64,000 nt of DNA from Bdellovibrionales bacterium (lineage in GTDB: Bacteria; Bdellovibrionota; Bdellovibrionia; Bdellovibrionales; UBA1609). Positions 1 through 8,303 of the stretch are shown one piece after another. A program made the position numbers and the translations under genes. The DNA is taken from contig OZ241325.1 in assembly GCA_965200025.1 (NCBI GenBank), forward strand, positions 1,742,000 to 1,805,999, in the 5' to 3' direction. Numbering within the stretch: the stretch's first letter is position 1; the number at the start of each line of letters is the position of its first letter. Below the pieces are notes generated by a model. It was not told where the DNA came from. It searched no databases and worked only from the letters and a program-made list of their open reading frames with translations.

Positions 1-578
1 TGGCTTTGGTGTACTTTCAACTCCGGCAGTACCCTTTGGCGGTAAAGCATTTTCAGCAGGCTCTTAAACTTCAACCCGGCTGGACGGTGGCTCAGGTGGA
101 CCTGGGGCGAAGTCTCATAGAGATGGGAAAAACACAGGCCGCTTTAAAGGTCTTAAAAAAAGCAGCCCGGGATCTCTCCTATCCTTATCCGGAAAATATT
201 CACGCTCACCTGGGCTTAAGTTTTTTTAAGCAAAAAAACTTTAAAGAGGCACAGGTGCATTTTGAGGTGGCCCGCAAAATTCAAACCCGGGACTGTGAGC
301 TGGCTTTGTACCATGCCCAAAGTCTTTATTTTTTAAATAAATATCAGGAGGCGGGCGGGATTTTGGAGCCGGCAAAAAAGTGGTGCCAGGGGGCTTTTCT
401 TCCGCCCTGTGCCAGCCCCCATTTTAAAGCTTATTTTTGGCGGGCTTTGGTGTATGATAAACAGGGGCAACATCAAAAAGCTCTTAAGGATATGAAGGTG
501 TTTTTAAAAAACACCAGTCAAAAACATCCTTTGTATTCCCGGGGGCTTCAGGCCTTTCAAAGGCTTCGATCTTTGTGA
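1..578 (+). CDS. TPR-repeat protein, 5' end outside window (PilW/PilF-like by context)
   Basis: The frame is open from the window edge. TPR-like repeats are visible (AVKHFQQALKLQP, ALKVLKKAARD, AQVHFEVARKIQ). It lies directly upstream of a RodZ-like gene, as pilW does in many proteobacteria. Confidence 0.55.
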   Translation, partial: ALVYFQLRQYPLAVKHFQQALKLQPGWTVAQVDLGRSLIEMGKTQAALKVLKKAARDLSYPYPENIHAHLGLSFFKQKNFKEAQVHFEVARKIQTRDCELALYHAQSLYFLNKYQEAGGILEPAKKWCQGAFLPPCASPHFKAYFWRALVYDKQGQHQKALKDMKVFLKNTSQKHPLYSRGLQAFQRLRSL

Positions 579-593
579 AAAGGTACAGGGTTT

Positions 594-1358
594 ATGAATT
601 CTCATTTAAAAAATTTGGGTCAGATTTTAAAGGACAAAAGAACAGAAAAAGGGTTAAGTTTAAAAACAGTTTCTGAAAAATTAAAAATCAGCACACAGAT
701 TTTAAAAGCCATTGAAGAGGCGGACTCTTCTGATTTGCCGGCCTATGTGTATTTAAGGGGTTTTATTTTGGCTTACAGCCGGTTTTTAAAACTGAATGAA
801 AAAGAGGTCTTAAAAGAAGTTCAGAATTTAAAACCGGTCTCTCCGGAAGAATCCTCTTTGTCTTTAAACCCCGGGGGTTTTGAGGAGGAGGAGCTGATAG
901 TCAAAAGCCAGAGGAGTTTTTCCATTTTTCCCGCACTGGGGATTTTATTTGTTCTGGTTTTGATTTTGGTGGTGAGTAACATTTACAGACAAATTCAAAA
1001 CCAAAGCCAGAAACCTTATATCTTAAAAGAAGAGGGGACCGAAGAAGAGTCTTTAAAGGAGGGGGAGGAAGGCCACCCGCCCCCGCAAAGCCCCCCCCCT
1101 GCTGTTTCCTCTTCCGGGCTTGCCTCTTTGGAGGTGGTGATAAAAGCTCTTGAGGAGGTTGAGTTTTCTTACCGTTTAAGTGAAAACTCCCCTGTGAAAA
1201 CCATAACTTTAAAACCGGATCAGTTTGAGGTTTTAAAAAGCCGGGATATGGTATGGATTGAAACCCCCACCTCTGACCGGATTCAGGTTTTTAAGAATGG
1301 AAAGCTTCTGGGAGTCTTTGGCCCGGGGGAAAAAAAACAACAGGCTTTTTATCCTTAA
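594..1358 (+). CDS. rodZ: RodZ-like cytoskeleton/shape protein (HTH, TM segment, C-terminal DUF4115-like region)
   Basis: N-terminal XRE-type HTH (LGQILKDKRTEKGLSLKTVSEKLKISTQILKAIE). RodZ-typical VYLRGFILAYSRFLKL. One TM segment (FSIFPALGILFVLVLILVV). Pro-rich linker and conserved C-terminal beta region. Confidence 0.6.
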   Translation: MNSHLKNLGQILKDKRTEKGLSLKTVSEKLKISTQILKAIEEADSSDLPAYVYLRGFILAYSRFLKLNEKEVLKEVQNLKPVSPEESSLSLNPGGFEEEELIVKSQRSFSIFPALGILFVLVLILVVSNIYRQIQNQSQKPYILKEEGTEEESLKEGEEGHPPPQSPPPAVSSSGLASLEVVIKALEEVEFSYRLSENSPVKTITLKPDQFEVLKSRDMVWIETPTSDRIQVFKNGKLLGVFGPGEKKQQAFYP

Positions 1359-1415
1359 GGGATAATCTGTGTTCAATGAGGATGCTTTGACAGTAATAAA
1401 CTTCAAACAGACAGG

Positions 1416-2024
1416 ATGATTATGGATTTTGTGGCAATAGATGTGGAGACCACGGGGATTCTTCCTTATGTGGACCGGATTGTGGAACTGGCGGCTGTTC
1501 GGTTTTCAGGAGGGGAGGTGAAAGAGGAGTTTTCCTCTCTCATCAACCCGGGAATTCGTATGCCCCAGGAGGCCTCATTGGTGAATCAAATCACAGATGA
1601 GATGCTGGAGGGTAAGCCCCCCATTGAGGATGTGCTTCAGGATTTTTCTGATTTTTGTGGTTCCGCCCCTCTGGTGGCTCACAATGCTTTGTTTGACTTT
1701 CAGTTTTTGTCTGTGGTTTTGGAAAAACACTACAAAGCCCCCCCCACCGGTGTGGTTTTGGACACTTATATGTTGTCCAAAAAAATGTTTGCCGGTTTAA
1801 GTAATTATAAACTTTCCACTGTGAGTTCTTATTTAAGGATTCCCACCTCTCAGTTTCACCGGGCCAAAGAGGATGCCCTGTGTTGCGGCTATGTGTTTTA
1901 TGCCATTCTTCAAAAAATGAAAAACCAGAGGCAGCCCACCCATCCGGCCCATCTGATAGAACTGAGTGGTAAAAAAGAATTGAGATTTCCCCACCTGAAG
2001 GCCCGGCAGTTTTCTTTTTTTTGA
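1416..2024 (+). CDS. DnaQ-like DEDDh 3'-5' exonuclease (DNA polymerase III epsilon family)
   Basis: ExoI motif AIDVETTG, ExoII VAHNALFDFQFL, ExoIII HRAKEDA. Confidence 0.75.
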   Translation: MIMDFVAIDVETTGILPYVDRIVELAAVRFSGGEVKEEFSSLINPGIRMPQEASLVNQITDEMLEGKPPIEDVLQDFSDFCGSAPLVAHNALFDFQFLSVVLEKHYKAPPTGVVLDTYMLSKKMFAGLSNYKLSTVSSYLRIPTSQFHRAKEDALCCGYVFYAILQKMKNQRQPTHPAHLIELSGKKELRFPHLKARQFSFF

Positions 2025-2026
2025 TT

Positions 2027-3586
2027 TTAAAAAAAAGATTTTTTGTCAAAGTTTGTCTTGGGGCAAAGGGGCCGTTTCCACCCCCTGTCAAAAGACAAAG
2101 CCTTGACTTTTAAAAGGGGGGGGGCCTGTTTGCGTTTAAACTCACTGGTAAGGATTTTTTGAAAAAGCCTTTTTTCCAAAGAGGTGGTGGGGCTTTTGTT
2201 TTGTTCCACCAGTTTTTTAAGGGCTTTGTCCAAAGGGGGATAAGGGCTTTTTAAGTCGATGCTGTCTTTTTGCCGGCTTTTCAGTTCTGCAGAAGGGGGG
2301 CGTTTGACAATCAGGGGCAAAACCGGGGGGGATACAAACTCCCGGGCCAGACTATAAATCTCTGTTTTCCACAGATCCCCCAGGGGTAAAAGGGCCCCTG
2401 TCATATCTCCATACAAAGTGGCATAACCCAAAGCCAGTTCTGTTTTGTTGGAGGTGCCAATAAGCAGACTTGGATTTTGATTGGCATAAGCTGAGAGGTA
2501 AAGATTTCTTAAACGGGCCTGCAGGTTTTGCCGGCTTAAGGAGGAGGTAAAAGCTCTGGTTTTTAAACATTTTTTGTATAAAGGGGTAATGCTTTTTTGG
2601 CTAAAGGGGCAGCCCAGGTTTTGAGCGGTTTTTAAAGCTGCTTTAAAAGAGACCGGGGAGGTAAAAGGCCCCGGGAGAAAAAACAAATGAACATTCCGGG
2701 GGGGAAAAGCCTCACAGGCCAGGTGGGCTGCCACTGTGGAGTCTATTCCCCCGCTCAAACCCAAATGAACTTTTTTAAAACCCTGCCGGAACACGAATTC
2801 CTTTAAACCAAAAGTTAAAACTTCTTTCAGTGAGAGAGCGGTGGTCTGGGTTTTTAAGATTTTATGCGGGCCTTCCAAATCAAGAACACTTAAGTCTTCC
2901 TTCAGGCCCGGGCTTTGGTGAATGTTTTGGCCCCGGGGGTTTAGAACAAAAGAACTGCCATCAAAAATTAATTCCTCCTCTTCGCCTGTCAGATTCACAT
3001 ACAAAAGGGGGCATTGGTGGGCTTTGACCCATTTTAGGGCCTGCTTTTTTCTCATCTGTTGTTTTTGCAAATCAAAGGGGGAGGCATGGATACTGATAAT
3101 CATATCCACTCCCTTTTCCCTTTCCGGGGCCTGCCACAAATCCTCACAGATGAGGACTTTAATGTTTCGGTTTTGAAAAGTAAAAGTGTTGCTTTGTTCC
3201 CGGGTGGTTTGAAAGAACCGGTTTTCCTCAAAAACAGTGTAATCGGGCAAATTCTGTTTGGTAAAAATTTTTATGGGCCTGTTTTTTTTTAAGAGCACAG
3301 CCGCGTTAAAGGGTTTTGAGTTTATGGGTCCATAGGGGCTTCCCACAAGAGCCGCTGTCCCCGGAGGCATCAATTTGTGAATTTGGGAAATGGCCTGCTT
3401 CAGTTTTTTTAAAAAAGTTTTTTGATACAGAAAATCCAAAGGGGGATAGCCACTTAAAGCCAGTTCGGGAAAAATCACCAAAGAGGCTTTTTGGCTGTGG
3501 GCCTTCCGGATAAATTTTAAAATTTTATCCCGGTTGTGTGAGATCTGAGTCACCACCGGGTGGATTTGGGCTAAAGCCAGCTTCAT
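2027..3586 (-). CDS. nadE: Glutamine-dependent NAD+ synthetase (CN-hydrolase plus NAD synthase domains)
   Basis: N-terminal nitrilase-like domain (MKLALAQIHP.., LVIFPELALSGYP, ICEDLW). C-terminal PP-loop SGGIDS and NAD-synthase region. Confidence 0.85.
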   Translation of the reverse strand: MKLALAQIHPVVTQISHNRDKILKFIRKAHSQKASLVIFPELALSGYPPLDFLYQKTFLKKLKQAISQIHKLMPPGTAALVGSPYGPINSKPFNAAVLLKKNRPIKIFTKQNLPDYTVFEENRFFQTTREQSNTFTFQNRNIKVLICEDLWQAPEREKGVDMIISIHASPFDLQKQQMRKKQALKWVKAHQCPLLYVNLTGEEEELIFDGSSFVLNPRGQNIHQSPGLKEDLSVLDLEGPHKILKTQTTALSLKEVLTFGLKEFVFRQGFKKVHLGLSGGIDSTVAAHLACEAFPPRNVHLFFLPGPFTSPVSFKAALKTAQNLGCPFSQKSITPLYKKCLKTRAFTSSLSRQNLQARLRNLYLSAYANQNPSLLIGTSNKTELALGYATLYGDMTGALLPLGDLWKTEIYSLAREFVSPPVLPLIVKRPPSAELKSRQKDSIDLKSPYPPLDKALKKLVEQNKSPTTSLEKRLFQKILTSEFKRKQAPPLLKVKALSFDRGWKRPLCPKTNFDKKSFF

Positions 3587-3689
3587 GGGTTTTTTAACCT
3601 GATGGAGGGCGGGATTTTTACCATTTTTATAAAGTGAATTCAGCTTATCCTACGGAAAGGCTTTAAAGTAAAGTTTTTTTTTGGTCCCC

Positions 3690-4631
3690 TCACTTCATGG
3701 ATTTTTTCACCTGAAAGCTTTGGCTGCCCACAATAAGGACAAGTATCAGGATGATACAAACAATCAGCAGAATGCGAATAAAGGAACCAAAAGACCAGGC
3801 CTTGTCTTTGATTTCTTTGTGCTTTTTTGTTTGGCTTAAGGGCAGCAGCTGTTTTTTTTTGCTGGCCTGAAAACCTTTTTTGGTGGCGGGCAGGCGAACA
3901 GGAATGGGGCTGGCTTTTTTTCTCTCCTCCTGCTCCATAAAACCTGAGGAGTGAAAACCCCCCACTCTGCGTACCCTATAGGTCCTGCCATTTTCTGATC
4001 CTGAAGCCCCTGTGTTTTTGTAGCCAAATTTTTTTTTGCTTTCCCCCCCGGCCCCTTCTGAAGCTTTTTTGAGTTTTGTTTGACCGGAGGAGTCTTTGTC
4101 TTTTGAGGAAAGGGGCATAAGCCCTGAGCGGGAGGCTGAAGTCCTTCCTCCCCCCCTCCGGCCCCCCGGGGAGGGGGAGGTGGGGTTTTGAGAGCGGCTT
4201 ATGGGGATTTTTGTGGATCGGCCAGAGTTGTCCCCGCCTCCCCTGCCTTGGGAAACCGGGGGGGTGGCATCCGGGGCTTGAGGGGAAAGGGGGGGGGCCT
4301 TGCTTCCCCCCCCCCCACCGGAGGGTAGCTCCACTCCCATTTTTGAAATATCCTCTTTAAACTCACTTTGGATTTCTGCCTGGCTTTTGCAGTTTTCAAT
4401 ACCGGTGGTTTGGCCGGGTAAAAGCCCGGTTTTGAGCAGGCAGGAAAAATACCCCTGTGTTCCAAAAAGCCCCTGGCCCAGAGTTAAAAAGCCTTTGTGC
4501 AGTGGCTTTAAAAAGGCCAGGCACATCAGGACTATGACAGATAAAATCAGCACATACTCCACCACGGCCTGGCCCGTCTGGTTTTTGAAAAAAAAGCTCA
4601 TACCTTTTCTTATCGGAAGAGTGAAAGACAA
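3690..4631 (-). CDS. Atypical Flp-leader protein: Flp-type prepilin N-terminus, about 230-aa G/S/P/R/K-rich low-complexity region, C-terminal TM anchor
   Basis: N-terminus KNQTG|QAVVEYVLILSVIVL matches the Flp G/xxxxEY processing motif followed by a hydrophobic helix. The C-terminus has FIRILLIVCIILILVLIVG. It is divergent from flp. Confidence 0.5.
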   Translation of the reverse strand: MSFTLPIRKGMSFFFKNQTGQAVVEYVLILSVIVLMCLAFLKPLHKGFLTLGQGLFGTQGYFSCLLKTGLLPGQTTGIENCKSQAEIQSEFKEDISKMGVELPSGGGGGSKAPPLSPQAPDATPPVSQGRGGGDNSGRSTKIPISRSQNPTSPSPGGRRGGGRTSASRSGLMPLSSKDKDSSGQTKLKKASEGAGGESKKKFGYKNTGASGSENGRTYRVRRVGGFHSSGFMEQEERKKASPIPVRLPATKKGFQASKKKQLLPLSQTKKHKEIKDKAWSFGSFIRILLIVCIILILVLIVGSQSFQVKKSMK

Positions 4632-4759
4632 GCTTCAAAAGAGCTGAAAAAGGCCTGTTTTTTTGAAAAAATAAAGTTTTTTTTTGAGGGGCCGATAAGA
4701 ACAGCAAAGAGGCTTAAAACAGAAAAATTTTTAACTGTCCAATCAAAAGGAGGAAAACT

Positions 4760-4963
4760 ATGAAAACCTTAAAATCATTAAAAAAATGGGGGCTTAAGCT
4801 CTGGCAGGATGAGTCGGGCCAGGGAACTGCCGAGTACGCTTTGATTTTGGTGGCGGTGGTGGGTTTGGCTTTTATGTTCAGAACACGAATCAAAGACATG
4901 TTGCAGGGCCGTTTGAGTGCTCTGACCTCCTCCATGGGGAGCTTTAATGTGGAAAAACAGTAA
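4760..4963 (+). CDS. flp: Flp family type IVb pilin
   Basis: 67 aa. The leader ends at DESG|QGTAEYALILVAVVGLAF, the canonical Flp G/xxxEY motif. RBS AAGGAGGA lies at 4747-4754. Confidence 0.85.
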   Translation: MKTLKSLKKWGLKLWQDESGQGTAEYALILVAVVGLAFMFRTRIKDMLQGRLSALTSSMGSFNVEKQ

Positions 4964-5037
4964 AAGCTTTTCAGACAATTTTTGTTTTAACAGGTGTCGC
5001 AATCAACCATCTTAAGCCCCGGGGGTTTTAAGTTTTT

Positions 5038-5238
5038 ATGACTGCAGAAATGATTTTGCTTTTATGCCTTTATGGCATGTTTGTTATAGGGATTTTTCTT
5101 AAGGAAAAAGAGGGACTTTATTATTCCTTTCAGGGAACTCTTCCTTATCTTTCCGCCCGGGTGCAAAAACACACCGCCACAGGCACGGGCTTTTTTGCTG
5201 TGGACCGGGCCGGTGGGATGAGCTGGGATGAACCTTAA
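5038..5238 (+). CDS. Small hypothetical membrane protein in the tad locus
   Basis: 66-aa ORF with an N-terminal hydrophobic segment (ILLLCLYGMFVIGIFL). Supported only by its position between flp and the prepilin peptidase. Confidence 0.25.
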   Translation: MTAEMILLLCLYGMFVIGIFLKEKEGLYYSFQGTLPYLSARVQKHTATGTGFFAVDRAGGMSWDEP

Positions 5239-5321
5239 ATAAAAAAAGACCAGAGCCTTAAGTCCTTATTCCTGTGTTTTGCCATTGATCACAAAGGCTT
5301 AAGCCCTTTAGTATAAAGGGC

Positions 5322-5858
5322 ATGTTTGTTCTTCTTCCCACTCTTTTGCTGGCCTGTGCGGTGGCCGATGATCTTTACAGCAAAAAAATTCATAACCGAC
5401 TCTTAATGGTTTTCCTTCCCTTTTGTGTTCTGGTGATTCTTTTTGGTGAGGATATGGGATTTCAAAGTACAGGGCTGAGCTTTGGTTTTTTGGGTCTGAT
5501 TCAGGCTTTTTTTCGTTTGATTTTGGCCCTTGGGGCTGCTCTTCCCTTTGTTTTGCTGAGAGTTATGGGCGGGGGGGATATGAAGCTTTTTGCTCTTTTG
5601 GCCCTGTTGCTGACAGTGTCTGATATGTTTGTGATCCTGTTGATTTCTTTTTTTTGGGCGGGGCTTTTGGGTTTTTTTAAAACCCTTTTGGATAAAAAAG
5701 TGGGACTTATGTTGTTAAATGTTTATAATTTGTTCAAATTTAAGCCTCCCTCTTCCGATGAGTTAAACACCTTTCCTTTTTCTGTGGGGCTGGGCCTGGC
5801 CTGGCTGACAGTGACTTTTCACAGGGCTTTTTTTTATGAGTTGTTTTCTGTTTTTTAA
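5322..5858 (+). CDS. cpaA: A24-family prepilin peptidase CpaA/TadV
   Basis: Polytopic membrane protein carrying both aspartyl motifs (AVADDLYSKKIHN and GGGDMKLFALLA). Confidence 0.75.
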   Translation: MFVLLPTLLLACAVADDLYSKKIHNRLLMVFLPFCVLVILFGEDMGFQSTGLSFGFLGLIQAFFRLILALGAALPFVLLRVMGGGDMKLFALLALLLTVSDMFVILLISFFWAGLLGFFKTLLDKKVGLMLLNVYNLFKFKPPSSDELNTFPFSVGLGLAWLTVTFHRAFFYELFSVF

Positions 5859-6093
5859 CCGTCGGGGACAAATGCTCATCGAGATGACTTTGCTTCTTAT
5901 TGTGATGGTCTCCATGTCGCTTGTCACCATGAAGCTGGTTAAAGAGCAAAGCCTGGTTCAAAAATTTGTTATGGGTCCGTGGAAAACTGTGGCGGGTATG
6001 ATGGAATCCGGTATTTGGAAACAGGCTTCTGAAGCCAGGGCCAGTCATCCGGGGCATTTTCAGCGTATGTACGGGGTGGAGGGGGATGAGTAA
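5836..6093 (+). CDS. Pseudopilin-like small protein (class III signal-like N-terminus)
   Basis: NRRG|QMLIEMTLLLIVMV has Gly at -1 and Glu at +5, followed by a hydrophobic helix. It overlaps the cpaA 3' end by 23 nt. Confidence 0.4.
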   Translation: MSCFLFFNRRGQMLIEMTLLLIVMVSMSLVTMKLVKEQSLVQKFVMGPWKTVAGMMESGIWKQASEARASHPGHFQRMYGVEGDE

Positions 6094-6733
6094 AAAAAAA
6101 ATTCTTTTTCAGCCGGTTTTAAATTCCCGGGGGCTTTTAACTTTTCAGTTTATTATTGCTTTTGCTCTGGTGGGCTTTTTTATGATGTTGTTTGCGGTTT
6201 TCACTTTGACTTTGATTGTTTCTGAAGTGGTGCAGTATATGACTTTTTCCTCTGGAAGAGCCTTGTTTTTGGCTCATTTGGACCGGCAAAGCCAGCAAAC
6301 ACAGGCTCAAAAAAAATACACAGAGTTGAAAACCCGGACTTACCCTGTTTTTTTTCAGACTCAAAAAGGCTGGGCTGTGATTTTTGATGAACTCCAGCCC
6401 GGAACAGGTATGGGTTTAAATACGGCTTTTGAAAACCAGCCCTCTTCCCCCAATTTGTTTTTTGGAGTCTGGACCTCTTTTCAGTCCACCATTTTAATGG
6501 CTCAAAATCCCTGGTTTGGAAGCACTTCAGAGGAAAAAGACTCCTTTAAAACATTTATTGGTTCTTACTTGGGCAGGGAACCCACACAAAGGGAGTGCGA
6601 GAGTTTTCACGGGCAAAGGTGGCAGCACATTGCCCTTAAGCACGCTTTTCCCGGTCCCTTAAGGCCCACCACCCCTCCTGAGGAGCATTACAAAAACACA
6701 CATCGCTTAAACCCTTCAGACAATGGATGCTGA
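6086..6733 (+). CDS. Hypothetical Tad minor-pilin/TadF-like membrane-anchored protein
   Basis: N-terminus NSRG|LLTFQFIIAFALVGFFMMLF is a hydrophobic anchor. It is positioned between pseudopilin-like genes. Its ends overlap both neighbouring ORFs, which suggests co-translation with them. Confidence 0.35.
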   Translation: MSKKKILFQPVLNSRGLLTFQFIIAFALVGFFMMLFAVFTLTLIVSEVVQYMTFSSGRALFLAHLDRQSQQTQAQKKYTELKTRTYPVFFQTQKGWAVIFDELQPGTGMGLNTAFENQPSSPNLFFGVWTSFQSTILMAQNPWFGSTSEEKDSFKTFIGSYLGREPTQRECESFHGQRWQHIALKHAFPGPLRPTTPPEEHYKNTHRLNPSDNGC

Positions 6734-7298
6734 CACTGTTATGAACACTCAAAGAGATTTGAAAAAACTTTTGACCGGTAATTCAAAAGGTTTTGCGGTT
6801 TTGGAAAGTGTTCCCCTGCTTTTGGTGCTGATGATGCTTTTGGGAGCCACTTTGGGTTCCTGGGGGCTGGTGCATACAGCGATTTTAAACTCCATTGCCG
6901 CCCGCCACAATGCCTTTTTTATTTTGAACCACCGGCCGGACCTGCACTACAGAAGGGATTTTGGCCCCCATGAATACCCCGGCTTAAGCCCCCTGACAGC
7001 AGATATGAGGTACTATTATGGAAACAACCAGAGCCGGTTTTTCTTTGTCAAATCGGAAAAAAACTCTTCCGGCAGAAACCGTACCGCCACCACCCGGTTT
7101 GTTAACTTTTTAAATCCCCAGTCCAAAAAAGAATACTATCCGGAGGAGCAGGGTTTTCTGAAGTCTGCACAGCAACACAATCTGCTGGTAACTCAGGAAT
7201 CACAAATGCCGGCCCGAAAAATTGCCACTCAAAGAGTGGATCCCGCCTGGATTATGGTGGGCTATGGAATTTGTCTGAATTCCACCTGTGGCGAGTAA
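6723..7298 (+). CDS. TadE-like pseudopilin
   Basis: NSKG|FAVLESVPLLLVLMMLLG resembles the TadE N-terminal motif (G..A.xE..xxxPxL) with Glu at +5. Confidence 0.5.
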   Translation: MDADTVMNTQRDLKKLLTGNSKGFAVLESVPLLLVLMMLLGATLGSWGLVHTAILNSIAARHNAFFILNHRPDLHYRRDFGPHEYPGLSPLTADMRYYYGNNQSRFFFVKSEKNSSGRNRTATTRFVNFLNPQSKKEYYPEEQGFLKSAQQHNLLVTQESQMPARKIATQRVDPAWIMVGYGICLNSTCGE

Positions 7299-7403
7299 AA
7301 AGCTTTTTAAGAAAAATTAAAAAGCCCGGCTCTTTCTTCCGAAAAATACAGTATAAAAAAGAATTTAAAAAAACTGATTAAGACCAAAGTCCTGCTTTTT
7401 CAG

Positions 7404-8285
7404 GTGAATAAATACGAGGGGCAAAATTTTTTTAAGGGGAGAACAGAAGTTTTGCAAAACAATGAGAGTTTAAATTTATGGCTCAGTATTGGAGCTGCGG
7501 CTTTTGCCGTAATGCTTCTTTACAGTTACACACAGGAGAAGAGTTCTCAAATTGCCAGAAAGTTTGGGGCACAAACCTCCATTGTAACCGCCTTAAGGGA
7601 TATTGGGGAAATGGAAACTGTGGATGATTCCATGGTGGAGCTTAAGGAATACCCTGAGACTTTTGTGCAACCAGCGGCTGCCACCTCCATTGAGGATGTG
7701 GTGGGGCTTGTGGCACTGGCCCCCTTAAGCAAGGGGGAGCAGCTTTTAAAAACCAAGCTGGCAAAGCCTGGTCCCACCACGGGGCTTTCGCTCCAGGTGG
7801 CACCTTCGAAGCGGGCCTTAACCATTCCCATTGATGAGATGAGGGGGGTGGCAAAACTCTTAAAACCAGGAGATCGGGTGGATATTATTGCGGCCCTGGA
7901 TATTAGGGAAAAAGGGGCTCAAAAAAGAGAAATAAAGACCCTTATGCAGGATGTTTTAATTCTTGCCACCGGCATTAAAGTGATGAATGAACTGCCCCGT
8001 GTGTTTGAGGAGATCAGTGGAGAGAGTTTTATCCGCAACCTGCGTCCTGCCACCAACTTTAACTCCATCACTGTGGAGGCCCGTCCGGAAAAAATCCAGG
8101 ATCTGGTCTATGTGCTTTCCACCTCCCCGGGATCTTTATTTCTGTCTTTAAGACATCCCAGTGATCACAAAAAGAGTGTGCATCTTTCCGGCACCACTTT
8201 AAAAAGCCTCATAGGCAAAAAACAGTTTCGAAAACCTGCCGTCTCTTCAAAACCAAAAAATTTGTGGCGTTCTGTCAGTCCTTAA
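7404..8285 (+). CDS. cpaB: Flp pilus assembly protein CpaB/RcpC
   Basis: N-terminal TM segment. SAF-like region followed by LLKPGDRVDIIAAL and VLILATG, which are typical of CpaB. GTG start. Confidence 0.8.
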   Translation: MNKYEGQNFFKGRTEVLQNNESLNLWLSIGAAAFAVMLLYSYTQEKSSQIARKFGAQTSIVTALRDIGEMETVDDSMVELKEYPETFVQPAAATSIEDVVGLVALAPLSKGEQLLKTKLAKPGPTTGLSLQVAPSKRALTIPIDEMRGVAKLLKPGDRVDIIAALDIREKGAQKREIKTLMQDVLILATGIKVMNELPRVFEEISGESFIRNLRPATNFNSITVEARPEKIQDLVYVLSTSPGSLFLSLRHPSDHKKSVHLSGTTLKSLIGKKQFRKPAVSSKPKNLWRSVSP

Positions 8286-8303
8286 AGGGGGAGGTCAAGG
8301 TGC

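Noticed and set aside
1591-2091. 166-aa minus-strand ORF overlapping the DnaQ-like exonuclease gene.
   Set aside because: It is antisense to a gene with clear catalytic motifs. The translation is low-complexity (G/P/K/W-rich) with no recognisable features, so it is most likely a shadow ORF.
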